Source: a virus (Duplodnaviria; Caudoviricetes). Taken from it: a DNA stretch of 64,000 bases. The notes below the pieces were generated by a model. It worked only from the letters and a program-made list of their open reading frames with translations, made no database searches and was not told the DNA's origin. The position numbers and the translations under genes were made by a program. Location of the stretch: positions 1-64,000 of IMG/VR virus record IMGVR_UViG_3300017766_003100. One strand, given 5' to 3'. Below, one piece after another: positions 47,888 to 57,814 of the stretch (position 1 is its first letter; each line of letters starts with the position of its first letter).

Positions 47888-48467
47888 TGGTTTTATGAAC
47901 TTTATGATAATTGTGATTACTCAATATATCTTCAATTACTTGTGTACTATGTTCAATACAAATTAATTTTATATTAACTTTACTGAAATCAATACCCTCA
48001 ATCACATTTTGGTCAAAATCTTCGGTGTCAATACTGACGAAATCAATGTTTGTGATATTGTATTTATTAAAAATTTCAGACGTTTTTATAACTTTAGTTG
48101 ATAAAGTTTCAAAATCACAATTATAGATAGTTTTACATTTTAACATCTGTTCATTTTTGAACGTGGAAAGTTGTTCAAATTCATCATTTTTATCAATAAA
48201 AAACTCAACATTCGTTAATGTTTCTTTTCCGCAACCAACATTTTCAATTAAAACTGATTTATTGTTATCATATAATTTTTTTAATTTTTCAAAATTACGA
48301 GGATTTGGTTCAATCAATAATCCATTCCAACCTTTCTCAATTAAGAATCTACTATTAGAATATCTTACACCATCAGCTGCACCAATATCAACAACCAATC
48401 CATTTTTATTAATATCAAAAAATTGTTCTAGAAAAATTTCCTCACCATATTGTGAATATTTAGTCAT
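47859..48467 (-). CDS. FkbM-family methyltransferase
   Basis: YSQYGEE; VDIGAADG..SNS; LLIEPN; FVSIDTEDFD. Confidence 0.9.
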   Translation of the reverse strand: MTKYSQYGEEIFLEQFFDINKNGLVVDIGAADGVRYSNSRFLIEKGWNGLLIEPNPRNFEKLKKLYDNNKSVLIENVGCGKETLTNVEFFIDKNDEFEQLSTFKNEQMLKCKTIYNCDFETLSTKVIKTSEIFNKYNITNIDFVSIDTEDFDQNVIEGIDFSKVNIKLICIEHSTQVIEDILSNHNYHKVHKTIGNIFYAKK

Positions 48468-48481
48468 TTTATCAAAATTAA

Positions 48482-49132
48482 TTAATTTATTTTTTCACAC
48501 ACAAAAACACCAATTCCATTCCACCATGTATCTTTACCGCCTTTTTCACTATATGTTTCCAAAACAAATTTTTCATGAATTATTAATCCTGACTCAGTAA
48601 TTCCTTCGTATGTTCCATTATATACTGTTGGATAACTAAAATCATCAATTATTATTATTGAATACTTTGACATTATTGGGTAATAATATGTAATTGCTTT
48701 TTTGTGAGATTCCTGAGAATGGTTTCCATCGTACATATAAATGTCAATGTCACCAATTTTTTCTTTAATGGTGTTAATGTCTAACTTGAAACAATCTGAC
48801 TCTATGAAATTTAATGGTACTTCACCACAAAATTTTTTAACATTCGAGAAAAATATATCTTTTGGTCCGTTAAATTCTGCCCAATTATCAATAACTATTG
48901 AATTAATATTGTTTTTGTATGTTGCGGAAATAAAACTAGACCCCATCCAAGTTCCTATTTCTAAATAATTAACATTATCTAAGTTACAAATATTATTGTA
49001 AAAATGTCTAGTTTTATTACCAGACATACCTTCCATATTTAATATATCATTTGTTAATTTTGATTGTTTTTTTTCAGCCAACTCAAATGAATTCTTACAA
49101 TGGTTAATTAAAAACTCTAAAGAATACTTCAT
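48482..49132 (-). CDS. Class I SAM methyltransferase (Methyltransf_24-like)
   Basis: YLEIGTWMGSS; YMYDGNH; IIDD. Confidence 0.85.
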   Translation of the reverse strand: MKYSLEFLINHCKNSFELAEKKQSKLTNDILNMEGMSGNKTRHFYNNICNLDNVNYLEIGTWMGSSFISATYKNNINSIVIDNWAEFNGPKDIFFSNVKKFCGEVPLNFIESDCFKLDINTIKEKIGDIDIYMYDGNHSQESHKKAITYYYPIMSKYSIIIIDDFSYPTVYNGTYEGITESGLIIHEKFVLETYSEKGGKDTWWNGIGVFVCEKIN

Positions 49133-49138
49133 ATTTTT

Positions 49139-49768
49139 TTATTTTTTTTTCAAATGTATTATGAGGTCTCTATGACCAGGAATCAAATTTTCCGAAACTA
49201 CTATCCACTTATCATTTAAAATAGATTCAATAGTCTTGAAATTTTGATAATAATGTCCAAAAGGTAACAAATCCCCCAAAACAAAATTTTCTGGATTAGT
49301 TATGATTTGTTTTGAAAATTCAAAATTTGCTAACATAAATACAAAATCAGAATTTGGTTTTAACACTCGATAAACATCATTAATATAATTATGAATTAAC
49401 TCATTTGATAAATGACAAAAAGCATTATAAGAGAAAACAAAATCAATCAATTCATCTGATATGTTTACACAAGAAGAATTCTGATTACCACACTCTATAA
49501 ACTCAACATCATTAAAATTTTCAAACTTTTTTGGTTTTTTTATTACATCAATTGCATATATTTTTTGGAACTTTCCTGTCATTTTTTCAGTGAAAGTTCC
49601 ACCTCCAGGTCCGATTTCCAAAGCAATCTTACTTTTATCAAAAAAAGGATATAATGCGACTTCACAGACTCTTTGAATTCCTACCCCATAGTTAAAATTA
49701 TCATAATAACCATCACCCCAAAAATTTTGGAACTCTTCCTTAGTAAAAGTTTTATTTTTTTCAAACAT
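49139..49768 (-). CDS. Class I SAM methyltransferase
   Basis: LEIGPGGG; DFVFSYNAFCH; RVLKP. Confidence 0.85.
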   Translation of the reverse strand: MFEKNKTFTKEEFQNFWGDGYYDNFNYGVGIQRVCEVALYPFFDKSKIALEIGPGGGTFTEKMTGKFQKIYAIDVIKKPKKFENFNDVEFIECGNQNSSCVNISDELIDFVFSYNAFCHLSNELIHNYINDVYRVLKPNSDFVFMLANFEFSKQIITNPENFVLGDLLPFGHYYQNFKTIESILNDKWIVVSENLIPGHRDLIIHLKKK

Positions 49769-49783
49769 ATTTTTTATTTTTTT

Positions 49784-50437
49784 TTATTTTATAAATTTCC
49801 AATATTCAGGATGTCTGATATCATTTTCATCAAAAACATCACCAACAAATTCTTTATTTATTCTTTCAGTTGGGAATTTTTTTCTTTCATAATTATAATC
49901 AAAAAATTCATCATGGATGTATGAATTATTTTTAACTATAGGATATATTTTTTCTCTTAAAAAATTTTGGTCTACTTGCCAAAAATTTCCTTTTTTATAA
50001 TCATTTATCAAAGTTTTCATATTTTTTAATATTCCATTTCTACATCCCCACATACCACCTAATATTTCTGTTGTATGGTGTGGATGGTCTCTCATAATAT
50101 GAAAATCTTTATCACTATTTAGCCATTCATCAACTGCCAATTTTTCTCTAAGATTTAATCTGCTATCAGTGTCTCTTGATAACATTATATCTGAATCATC
50201 GCAAGCTAAAAACCTCCAAAACATACCCTCCCAATTCCCATCTTCTTCCATTAAAATAACTTCAGTTGTTGATATTTTTTTTAGGGTTTCAATAATTTCG
50301 GAAGGTACACTTTTACCACAATAAAATCTTGAAGTCCAACCTAAATATATTATAGGAGTTAATTCAGCATTTTTAATTGCTCCAATTGTATATTTTGGGT
50401 TATCACCCCATAAACTAAATGATATTATTTTTTTCAT
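49784..50437 (-). CDS. Probable glycosyltransferase-like protein
   Basis: ISFSLWG..PKY..GA; WRFL; SRDTDSR (DxD); FHIMRDHP; DQNFL. Confidence 0.6.
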   Translation of the reverse strand: MKKIISFSLWGDNPKYTIGAIKNAELTPIIYLGWTSRFYCGKSVPSEIIETLKKISTTEVILMEEDGNWEGMFWRFLACDDSDIMLSRDTDSRLNLREKLAVDEWLNSDKDFHIMRDHPHHTTEILGGMWGCRNGILKNMKTLINDYKKGNFWQVDQNFLREKIYPIVKNNSYIHDEFFDYNYERKKFPTERINKEFVGDVFDENDIRHPEYWKFIK

Positions 50438-50441
50438 AAAA

Positions 50442-51074
50442 TTAATAATTCTTTAAAAAAAGTTTCCAGCCATAAATACCTAAATCAATCATTGTAAAAT
50501 CATTTTTAATAATTTTGGCAATACATTCTTCAGTTTTCTTATGATAAATTTGATTATTAAACTGAGGTAAAAAATTATGAAAACTAACACATATTTGGTC
50601 TACAGAATCAAAGTCATCAAAAGAATCAAACAAATCCCATTCAGAACCTTCTATATTTACTTTTAAAATTGATATTGATTTAATATTAAATTTAAATTTA
50701 AAATCAGACCAAGTTATTACGTCATATTCACCCATTTCATTAGGTATTATTGACCCCGCAATACCATTTGAGCTTAAATTAGCTTTACCTGTAAATGTTG
50801 ATATAAACCCTTTAAATAATTCAGAATGTTCATTTGGACTTTCTTGAGGGTCTACACCAATAACTTTCTTCTTACCAAAGAAATAACCAGCCCAATTATC
50901 ACTTGTAACTTCTTCAAAGTTTTTATTCCATCCTAAACAACCCAAGTCAACAATGCACCCATTATGTGTTTCAAATCTTGGGTGAACACGGCTCCAAATA
51001 TTTACATCTTGATTGGAGTTTACATACCAATTAGGTCTTATTTGAATTAATTCGTGTTTAATGTTGTTTTCCAT
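50442..51074 (-). CDS. FkbM-like methyltransferase
   Basis: IVDLGCLG; IGVDP; LKVNIEGSEW; QICVSFH. Confidence 0.7.
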   Translation of the reverse strand: MENNIKHELIQIRPNWYVNSNQDVNIWSRVHPRFETHNGCIVDLGCLGWNKNFEEVTSDNWAGYFFGKKKVIGVDPQESPNEHSELFKGFISTFTGKANLSSNGIAGSIIPNEMGEYDVITWSDFKFKFNIKSISILKVNIEGSEWDLFDSFDDFDSVDQICVSFHNFLPQFNNQIYHKKTEECIAKIIKNDFTMIDLGIYGWKLFLKNY

Positions 51075-51107
51075 ATTTTATTTTTTATACAAGTCTTGAA
51101 TGTTCAT

Positions 51108-51767
51108 TTACAACTCAAAATTCATTTTTTGTCTTCTTTGAAAGACCATTCTGTCTTCTCTATCGTGATTAGAATTCAAAGAGTGTATAATATCTCTCCC
51201 ACCATATCCCCAATCAGGATGTTGGTGATGGATAATTACTTTATCTATAAAAATTTGTTTTTTCAATAAATTACCAACTGTCATAAATTCATTATCAGCC
51301 CAAAGTGATTTATAGTCAGGATGATAGATATATCCAAATCTTTCGTAATATTTTTTACCTAAAATACATAGAGTATTTAAATCTTTTCTATTTCCATCAT
51401 TGAACCAAAGTATTCCATCTGTGTCAGGATAATTAATGACCATATTGAATCTTATTTGTTCGTCATATCCTTTTTCAATAGGAATCATATCATCAGAGGC
51501 AAGTAGAATAATGTCCCAATCACCTAATTCAATGTCACGATTAACTGCATGTATTTTATTATTACTTTTACCAAAAACAAATCTAAGATTTTCATATGAT
51601 TTTAATTTATCAATGACTTCTTGGTTATTCATTGAGTCATCATCATAATCTAATGTTAGCAAAAACTCAATTTTTGATAAATCTGTTGCAAAGTCATAAT
51701 ACTTTTGAAGTACTTCAAAAAATTTATCTTTTCTGTTTCTTGTTGGGAATTTAATTAAAATTTTCAT
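51108..51767 (-). CDS. Glycosyltransferase, GT-A
   Basis: LIKFPTRNR; KIHAVN; LASDDM; LWADNE. Confidence 0.75.
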   Translation of the reverse strand: MKILIKFPTRNRKDKFFEVLQKYYDFATDLSKIEFLLTLDYDDDSMNNQEVIDKLKSYENLRFVFGKSNNKIHAVNRDIELGDWDIILLASDDMIPIEKGYDEQIRFNMVINYPDTDGILWFNDGNRKDLNTLCILGKKYYERFGYIYHPDYKSLWADNEFMTVGNLLKKQIFIDKVIIHHQHPDWGYGGRDIIHSLNSNHDREDRMVFQRRQKMNFEL

Positions 51768-51769
51768 TT

Positions 51770-52336
51770 TTAGTGTCTAACATTATACATTACTTCAGGA
51801 GTAATTACAAATTTATTTGATTGTTTTTTCAATTCCATCAGAAAATCAAAATCTTCACCATCTCTATTTTGGGAAAAAAACAACTCCTTAAAAATAGTTT
51901 TTTTGTAACAGAAAGAAATACCAACTGTTGCAAATTTTAATTCATTTAAATGAAATGGAGGTAAAACTAAACCATTTTCATATGCCATTCTCCAAACAAC
52001 AAAATCATATTTATTATATTTTTCAAACAATATTTTAACATAATCTTTATTAATGGTATCATCATCATCCAAAAAACCAATCCATTCTGTATCAACTAAT
52101 TTTATACCTTCGTTTCTAACCAATCCTGATTGTCCATTTTTAGGACCAACTAATCCTATCTTATCAATCTTAATTGTTTTGACTCTATTATCATCAAATG
52201 ATTCACCATCAACACCATCATAAACAACTATCGCTTTCCAATTTGATACAGATTGTTGTATCAAAGATTGTATAGTTCTTTTAAGTGTTGGTCTATTTAA
52301 TGATGGTATTATAAATGTTATATTATTCTCAATCAT
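51770..52336 (-). CDS. Glycosyltransferase, GT2
   Basis: FIIPSLNR; VVYDG; RNEGI; GFLDDDD; GEDFDF. Confidence 0.85.
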   Translation of the reverse strand: MIENNITFIIPSLNRPTLKRTIQSLIQQSVSNWKAIVVYDGVDGESFDDNRVKTIKIDKIGLVGPKNGQSGLVRNEGIKLVDTEWIGFLDDDDTINKDYVKILFEKYNKYDFVVWRMAYENGLVLPPFHLNELKFATVGISFCYKKTIFKELFFSQNRDGEDFDFLMELKKQSNKFVITPEVMYNVRH

Positions 52337-52337
52337 A

Positions 52338-53849
52338 TTATTGTGTAAATAAAATTTTATCTTTTAATTTCATTAAATTTTTCTTAACAAATGGCGTTAA
52401 AGTTTGATTAAAGTCATATTCAATCACTTTCATATTACCCTCAACATATCTGGTTTTACTTTCGTAATGATAGGCGGTATGTGTTCCTACGTTATAATTT
52501 TCAAAACCTATAAGTAGTAATTTTAAATTTAATTCAACATCTTCAAAACAATCAATATATTCCTCATTAAACATACCAATTTGTCTAAATGTATTTGTAT
52601 TAATCATCATTAATCCCGCAGTATTTCCAATACACTTTGTAATATCTTTATTAAAATTATAATATGACCATCTATTACGATTAACAATACTAAGTCCCAT
52701 ATTTGATAATTTAAGTCCAACTAAAATTCCATCGTGCTGAATAGTATTGTCATCATAATGTAGTCTGCAACCAACAGTCCCTACTTTAGATTTAATATTA
52801 TAAACATTTAACATTCCACTAATAACATCAGAAGTAAGTTTAATATCATTATTACAGAATAAAATATACTGATGTGTTTTATCCAAATGATTTTTAACAA
52901 CATCATTATTTATCTTTGCAAAATTATAATAATCATATTTGATTAATTTTATATTATCCAAACTATTAACCAATTCTTCAATTACATTAATTTCTTCCTC
53001 AGTTGAACCAGTGTCAGCAATAAAGATATCAAATAATTTAGGATTACAATATTCATAAAAAGAATCAATACATTGAATTAACAATTCTATATTACCCTTT
53101 GTTGGTATAATTACCCCAACTTTACCTTTCAATTTAACATCTTTAATTTTGACTTCAGGAGTATAAATTGATGTTGGTTTTAAATCCAAAGGTAATACAT
53201 CTTTATATTTTCCAACAAACTTAATTTTACTATCAAAGAATTCCTGATTAGGTTGTCCCACAGATTCGTGAGTTATTTCAAATGAAGATGTGACCCCAAT
53301 TTTAATTCCATCCAAATAGTTTGGTACACAAAATCCGTGGTCATAAAAATGAAACTTACCAATTGTTTCATCAAACTTATGTTTAATTTTTGTCTTATCA
53401 AAAGACATAAATAAACCATCAATTGTAACTACTGGAATTAAAAATGGTAATTTAGGGGAATAGTTGTTAATCCATTTCTTTTGTCCTTCAGGATGATGCC
53501 AAACTTGACCAACCATAGTTAAATTCATTCTCTCCCAATAAACTCCTGATTCAGGAAAATAACAAGAACCAGCTTTTCCAATTATACCGAATTTGGGGTA
53601 ATTGGAAAAATCTTCCATTAATTTAATACCCCAATTTTTTTCAAGTTTAATATCATTATGGCAACAAACAACAATATCATATATTGATTCCGTTATTCCA
53701 CTATTGTAAACTTCGGCCAAAGAATATTGATTATTGTTTTGATATTCCAATATCTGAACGTCATTAAGACCCACACTAGTTTGAAGGTGGGTCTTAAATT
53801 TTTCGTTATATTCTTTATCTTTATGTGTTGAATAAATTATTGTTATCAT
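52338..53849 (-). CDS. Two-domain glycosyltransferase (tandem GT-A)
   Basis: Domain 1 CCHNDI...TIDGLF...FHFYD; domain 2 VIIPT...ADTGS...LFCNNDI...FEDVELNL. Confidence 0.85.
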   Translation of the reverse strand: MITIIYSTHKDKEYNEKFKTHLQTSVGLNDVQILEYQNNNQYSLAEVYNSGITESIYDIVVCCHNDIKLEKNWGIKLMEDFSNYPKFGIIGKAGSCYFPESGVYWERMNLTMVGQVWHHPEGQKKWINNYSPKLPFLIPVVTIDGLFMSFDKTKIKHKFDETIGKFHFYDHGFCVPNYLDGIKIGVTSSFEITHESVGQPNQEFFDSKIKFVGKYKDVLPLDLKPTSIYTPEVKIKDVKLKGKVGVIIPTKGNIELLIQCIDSFYEYCNPKLFDIFIADTGSTEEEINVIEELVNSLDNIKLIKYDYYNFAKINNDVVKNHLDKTHQYILFCNNDIKLTSDVISGMLNVYNIKSKVGTVGCRLHYDDNTIQHDGILVGLKLSNMGLSIVNRNRWSYYNFNKDITKCIGNTAGLMMINTNTFRQIGMFNEEYIDCFEDVELNLKLLLIGFENYNVGTHTAYHYESKTRYVEGNMKVIEYDFNQTLTPFVKKNLMKLKDKILFTQ

Positions 53850-54457
53850 ATTCCAGTTGAACCAAAACCTTTATCAGCTCTATCAGTTTTATTTATGTCT
53901 TTCTTCTTAACCAAATTAACCCACTTTCCATTAACCACAGAAGTTAATACAGCTTGGGCAATCTTCATTCCTTTATTCACCACAAATTCGTGATTATTAA
54001 CATTGAATAGAATAACTTTAACTTCACCAGTATAACTATTATCAACAGTACCTGGTGAGTTTAACACCATAAGACCTTGTTTTAATGCCAAACCACTTTT
54101 TGACCTAACTTGGATTTCATACCCATCCTTTATTTCAAAAGCCAAACCAGTGGAAACTAATGCTCTTCCAAATGGGGGTAGAAGAACTTCTTCAGTTGAA
54201 TATAAATCAAATCCTGAATCACCATCATAATTATAAAATGGTTCAACAGCATCAGGATTTAGTTTAACAAAACCAAGGTCTAATTTTGGACTATAATTCA
54301 ACATATCTTCTTCAAGTTGTTTTAAATCCAAACCAAATTCTTCATAAATCATATCATAATCAATATCCCCACCTTTTTCATTTTCTTCAATTAACTTTTC
54401 AAGTTTTGAAGCGTATTCACCAATGTTTTCTAGTTTACTTAAATCATTTATATTCAT
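53846..54457 (-). CDS. dut: Trimeric dUTPase with N-terminal extension
   Basis: SGFDL; RSKSG; GTVDNSYTGE; IAQ; RADKGFGSTG. Confidence 0.93.
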   Translation of the reverse strand: MNINDLSKLENIGEYASKLEKLIEENEKGGDIDYDMIYEEFGLDLKQLEEDMLNYSPKLDLGFVKLNPDAVEPFYNYDGDSGFDLYSTEEVLLPPFGRALVSTGLAFEIKDGYEIQVRSKSGLALKQGLMVLNSPGTVDNSYTGEVKVILFNVNNHEFVVNKGMKIAQAVLTSVVNGKWVNLVKKKDINKTDRADKGFGSTGI

Positions 54458-55164
54458 TTCAAATCTTTTAATTTTTTAACAATATGAATAAGGACATCAA
54501 CATCCTTTTCACAATATTCACTTATACCTTTTAGGTTTTGTTTTTCCCAATATTCATTATGTACATTTTCTCCAACCACTTCTCCATTTTTTGGAGTTTC
54601 AATACCAATAGTTGAACACAACAAATCCAAAGAACCTATTGAGGTATAAGCACCATATTGCCAAATTTCTTTGGTGTCAATAGCTTTTATTTCCCAAGGT
54701 TTGGTATCATAACTTGGTAAGATTGATGGCGGCATTAATCCATTGATAATCATACGTTTTGCCAACATTGGTATATCAAAATTTTTAAGATTATGACCAC
54801 ACAACCAAAAATCTAATTTACCACATTTAATTAATAACTTTTGTACATCAGATAAAAGTTTATATTCATCATCATTACAAAAAGTTTGTTTTCTAATTTC
54901 TCCATTATCCAAAACAAATGCAAAACTAATACAAACTATTTTTGCAAATTCAGGAACTAATCCAGCGCGTTTTATAAAAACTTGATTCTTTTGGTCAATT
55001 TCAATATCAGAATCTTCTGGAAATCTTTTAAGAAACCAATCAAAATACTTATCAAATTGTTGTGCAACAATTGGATTTAAATTTGAACATACGTCATAGT
55101 TAGGACAACCACCAACAGTTTCAATGTCCATAAACAAAATCTTAGAAATTGGAATTTTTATCAT
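54454..55164 (-). CDS. PolB-like 3'-5' exonuclease (DEDDy)
   Basis: FMDIETV; GHNLKNFDIP; YCEKDV. Confidence 0.88.
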   Translation of the reverse strand: MIKIPISKILFMDIETVGGCPNYDVCSNLNPIVAQQFDKYFDWFLKRFPEDSDIEIDQKNQVFIKRAGLVPEFAKIVCISFAFVLDNGEIRKQTFCNDDEYKLLSDVQKLLIKCGKLDFWLCGHNLKNFDIPMLAKRMIINGLMPPSILPSYDTKPWEIKAIDTKEIWQYGAYTSIGSLDLLCSTIGIETPKNGEVVGENVHNEYWEKQNLKGISEYCEKDVDVLIHIVKKLKDLK

Positions 55165-55168
55165 AGTT

Positions 55169-56383
55169 TTATTTTATAAGTGATTTGTACCATTCAGCTC
55201 TATCTTTTGTAATCTTTTTAAGACTATACTTGTCTTTAACTGTCTCGTATAATCTTTCACCCAAATCTACAACTAAATTTGGATTATACACAAGAGTTTT
55301 GATATTTTTTGCCCAATCAGCGTGATTTCTTTGTTCTTTAACCAAAAGTGCATTACCATCCGTAAATTTACCAAACTCTAATGAATGTTTCAAATCAATG
55401 GTGTAAGGTCCTACTTCCGATGCAATCAAAGCTCTTTTATAAAATCCCGCTTCAATAACTTTTAATTGAGATTTAACTCGATTAAAGATATGGTTTTTAA
55501 TTGGGGCTAAAGATATATCAAATTTGGAATAATTTGTAGCATAAGTATTAACAGGTTTAGTCCAAACTCTTCTGTATGGTAAACTACTTTCATCATTATA
55601 TTCAGCTTCTCTAAATTCAGATAAAAATTGTTTGTACTGAGGCGTTACAATGTTATAATTGTTAGTGAAGATTTCTTCATATCTCGCCCATACAGTTTCT
55701 TCAGGTTTAATAGCTCTTTGTTTTCTTTCACCAGTTTGAGGATTAATTTCAGTAATAGTTCCTCTTGTATCAAAACCACATAGAACGTACTGAATCTTAT
55801 TGTTTAGTTGACTATTTTTACCAACAAATCCCTCCAATAGTTTTAAGTCGTGAAAGTGGGAAGAACCTCCTAACCATCCTACTCTAATTCTATCAGATTC
55901 CTCAATAGGTTGTTTAAATTGTGGTTCATCAGGATTAATACCATTAGGGAATACAACGACATTTCTATTCAATTTTCTAATCTCATCAGCAAAAATACTA
56001 GTTGTAGTTGTAATATAACTTGCAACTTTAAGATTTGCCATAATTTTTTCATGGATTTTATCTTGAACAATTAATTGGTGAATTGGATGTTCTTTGCCTG
56101 GTAACCAATAATCATCCAAATCAACAACAACAATGATTCCTTGTGATTTTAGAAAATTTATTATGTTTGGGGTTTGTTCATAATTTGCTCCAATGTTTCT
56201 GTGGATGTGAACAATTTGATATTGTTTCCAATAATTCAAATTATTTATTTGTGGTTGATAATCTATATCCACATAGAAATCATCAGGATACATATTTTGT
56301 AACATAACGTGGGGGTCTACAGAACGAAATTTTCCTACACCAGTTGTGTCACTTGGGAGTACTAATACTTTTATTTTTGACAT
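55169..56383 (-). CDS. Glycosyltransferase, GT-B
   Basis: VDLDDYW; RVGWLGGSSH; ISLAP...FNRVKSQLKVIEAG; ASEVGPY. Confidence 0.85.
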   Translation of the reverse strand: MSKIKVLVLPSDTTGVGKFRSVDPHVMLQNMYPDDFYVDIDYQPQINNLNYWKQYQIVHIHRNIGANYEQTPNIINFLKSQGIIVVVDLDDYWLPGKEHPIHQLIVQDKIHEKIMANLKVASYITTTTSIFADEIRKLNRNVVVFPNGINPDEPQFKQPIEESDRIRVGWLGGSSHFHDLKLLEGFVGKNSQLNNKIQYVLCGFDTRGTITEINPQTGERKQRAIKPEETVWARYEEIFTNNYNIVTPQYKQFLSEFREAEYNDESSLPYRRVWTKPVNTYATNYSKFDISLAPIKNHIFNRVKSQLKVIEAGFYKRALIASEVGPYTIDLKHSLEFGKFTDGNALLVKEQRNHADWAKNIKTLVYNPNLVVDLGERLYETVKDKYSLKKITKDRAEWYKSLIK

Positions 56384-56444
56384 AATTTATATATTTTATC
56401 CCAAATAATAACAATAAATTTTTATTAATTCAATAGAATAGGGA

Positions 56445-56491
56445 TAAAAAAACGAAACCCCACAACTTGAATTTCTTCAGGGGATGTGGGG
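56445..56491 (-). terminator. Probable terminator (minus strand)
   Basis: ccccaca...tgtgggg stem with inner cttgaa/ttcagg, then T-rich tail on the minus strand. Confidence 0.55.
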
Positions 56492-56515
56492 AATAAGATA
56501 TTAAATTATTAAAAA

Positions 56516-57124
56516 TTATTTTACTTTTTTAATACGTGTGACTTTACCTTCAAATATATGACTACCAACTCTGAATTGGAATACGTCATTTGTTTTACTA
56601 TCACTTTCAATAAGTAAACCATTTTCACCTAATACTTCTTCTATAGTTTCTCTAATCATATCTTTCAATGTGTTCTTATCAAAGTTTAAGTTTGTATTTT
56701 GATACTTTGAAGATTCTTGAACTTGTTGTTTTTGTCCTTGGAATGGTGACTTATTATTTGCCACATCATTTTTCATTAATCTTGACGCTTTCTCAATTAA
56801 ATCATTACTTAACACTGAAGAACTTCCCATACTACTTGGTTGTGTAATTGGATGTTCAATCATAAGTCTTTTAATTTCATCAGGTAACTTAGATTGCAAA
56901 ATTCTTTCTTTTGATGGTAATTCATTATTAGGTCTAATCGTAGGTTGTGATTCCATCATTAAATCTTGTGGTAGATTATAATTAATATTTGGAGTTTGAA
57001 ACTCTTGTAATTCAGGAGTTTGTGGTATATTTCCTTGGACGTGTCCTCTAGGAATTTGATTATGAACATCCATTATTTTTTTGGACATTGCTAATTTTTG
57101 TAATAAACTATTTTCGTTTAACAT
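56516..57124 (-). CDS. Hypothetical Gln/Pro-rich protein
   Basis: 202 aa; starts MLNE; VQE and LIE motifs. Confidence 0.7.
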   Translation of the reverse strand: MLNENSLLQKLAMSKKIMDVHNQIPRGHVQGNIPQTPELQEFQTPNINYNLPQDLMMESQPTIRPNNELPSKERILQSKLPDEIKRLMIEHPITQPSSMGSSSVLSNDLIEKASRLMKNDVANNKSPFQGQKQQVQESSKYQNTNLNFDKNTLKDMIRETIEEVLGENGLLIESDSKTNDVFQFRVGSHIFEGKVTRIKKVK

Positions 57125-57127
57125 ATA

Positions 57128-57520
57128 TTAAATATTTTCATCAAATTTTACATTTATTATAACCGTTTTCATTGTCTTATCACCATTTGGGTTATAATTT
57201 GGTCTTGGCGTTGCAAACTTATCACCAGTTTTAGAAAATGATAAGATTTTATCTAATCTAAACAATCTCCATCCTGGTATAGGTCTTGTCCCTAATAATC
57301 CTCTATGACTCGCACCTTCAATATCCCAAGCTCTCAAAACTGGATTACCTGCTTTACTATAACTAAAACAAACTGGTTCAATTTCACGTAAACCTTTTCC
57401 ACCAGGTTCATCACCATCATAATAGATGACAATCCTATTTTTATTTCTGATAGCATCAATAACACTTTCAATTGAGGCTACTTCTAAAATAAGAGACTTA
57501 GCAATATTGTAAAGTTTCAT
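57128..57520 (-). CDS. Stand-alone WYL-domain protein
   Basis: IVIYY...REIEP...LRAWD...WRLFRLDKI. Confidence 0.75.
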   Translation of the reverse strand: MKLYNIAKSLILEVASIESVIDAIRNKNRIVIYYDGDEPGGKGLREIEPVCFSYSKAGNPVLRAWDIEGASHRGLLGTRPIPGWRLFRLDKILSFSKTGDKFATPRPNYNPNGDKTMKTVIINVKFDENI

Positions 57521-57813
57521 TATGCACTTGGGGTTGTATATGGTTTGTTTGATTGATATTCATTTATCACTATTTGAGCTCTTCTTTCAACAATATCTTG
57601 TATTGCACCTGCGGTCTCATTGTACACATCAAGGAAATCACCAGTTCCTTTTCCTTGTGCATCACCATCGGCTAAAGCATCAGGATTTACCGCTGAATAT
57701 GCGTTACCCGTTGAGAAATCATTTTTAGGTAATAGTTTTTTTCTTTCAGCTTCAGCTATTGCTGATAAGTCGTTCTTGGGTTGTTCGAAATTTAATGGTT
57801 CTGTAACTGCCAT
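57520..57813 (-). CDS. Hypothetical protein
   Basis: 97-aa ORF. Confidence 0.7.
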   Translation of the reverse strand: MAVTEPLNFEQPKNDLSAIAEAERKKLLPKNDFSTGNAYSAVNPDALADGDAQGKGTGDFLDVYNETAGAIQDIVERRAQIVINEYQSNKPYTTPSA

Positions 57814-57814
57814 A

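Noticed and set aside
43473-56383. Host capsule/LPS locus indicating a bacterial contig or assembly chimera
   Set aside because: Genes are interleaved with phage-type phoH, dut, exonuclease and gp55, composition is uniform, and wzx/wzy/ABC export genes are absent
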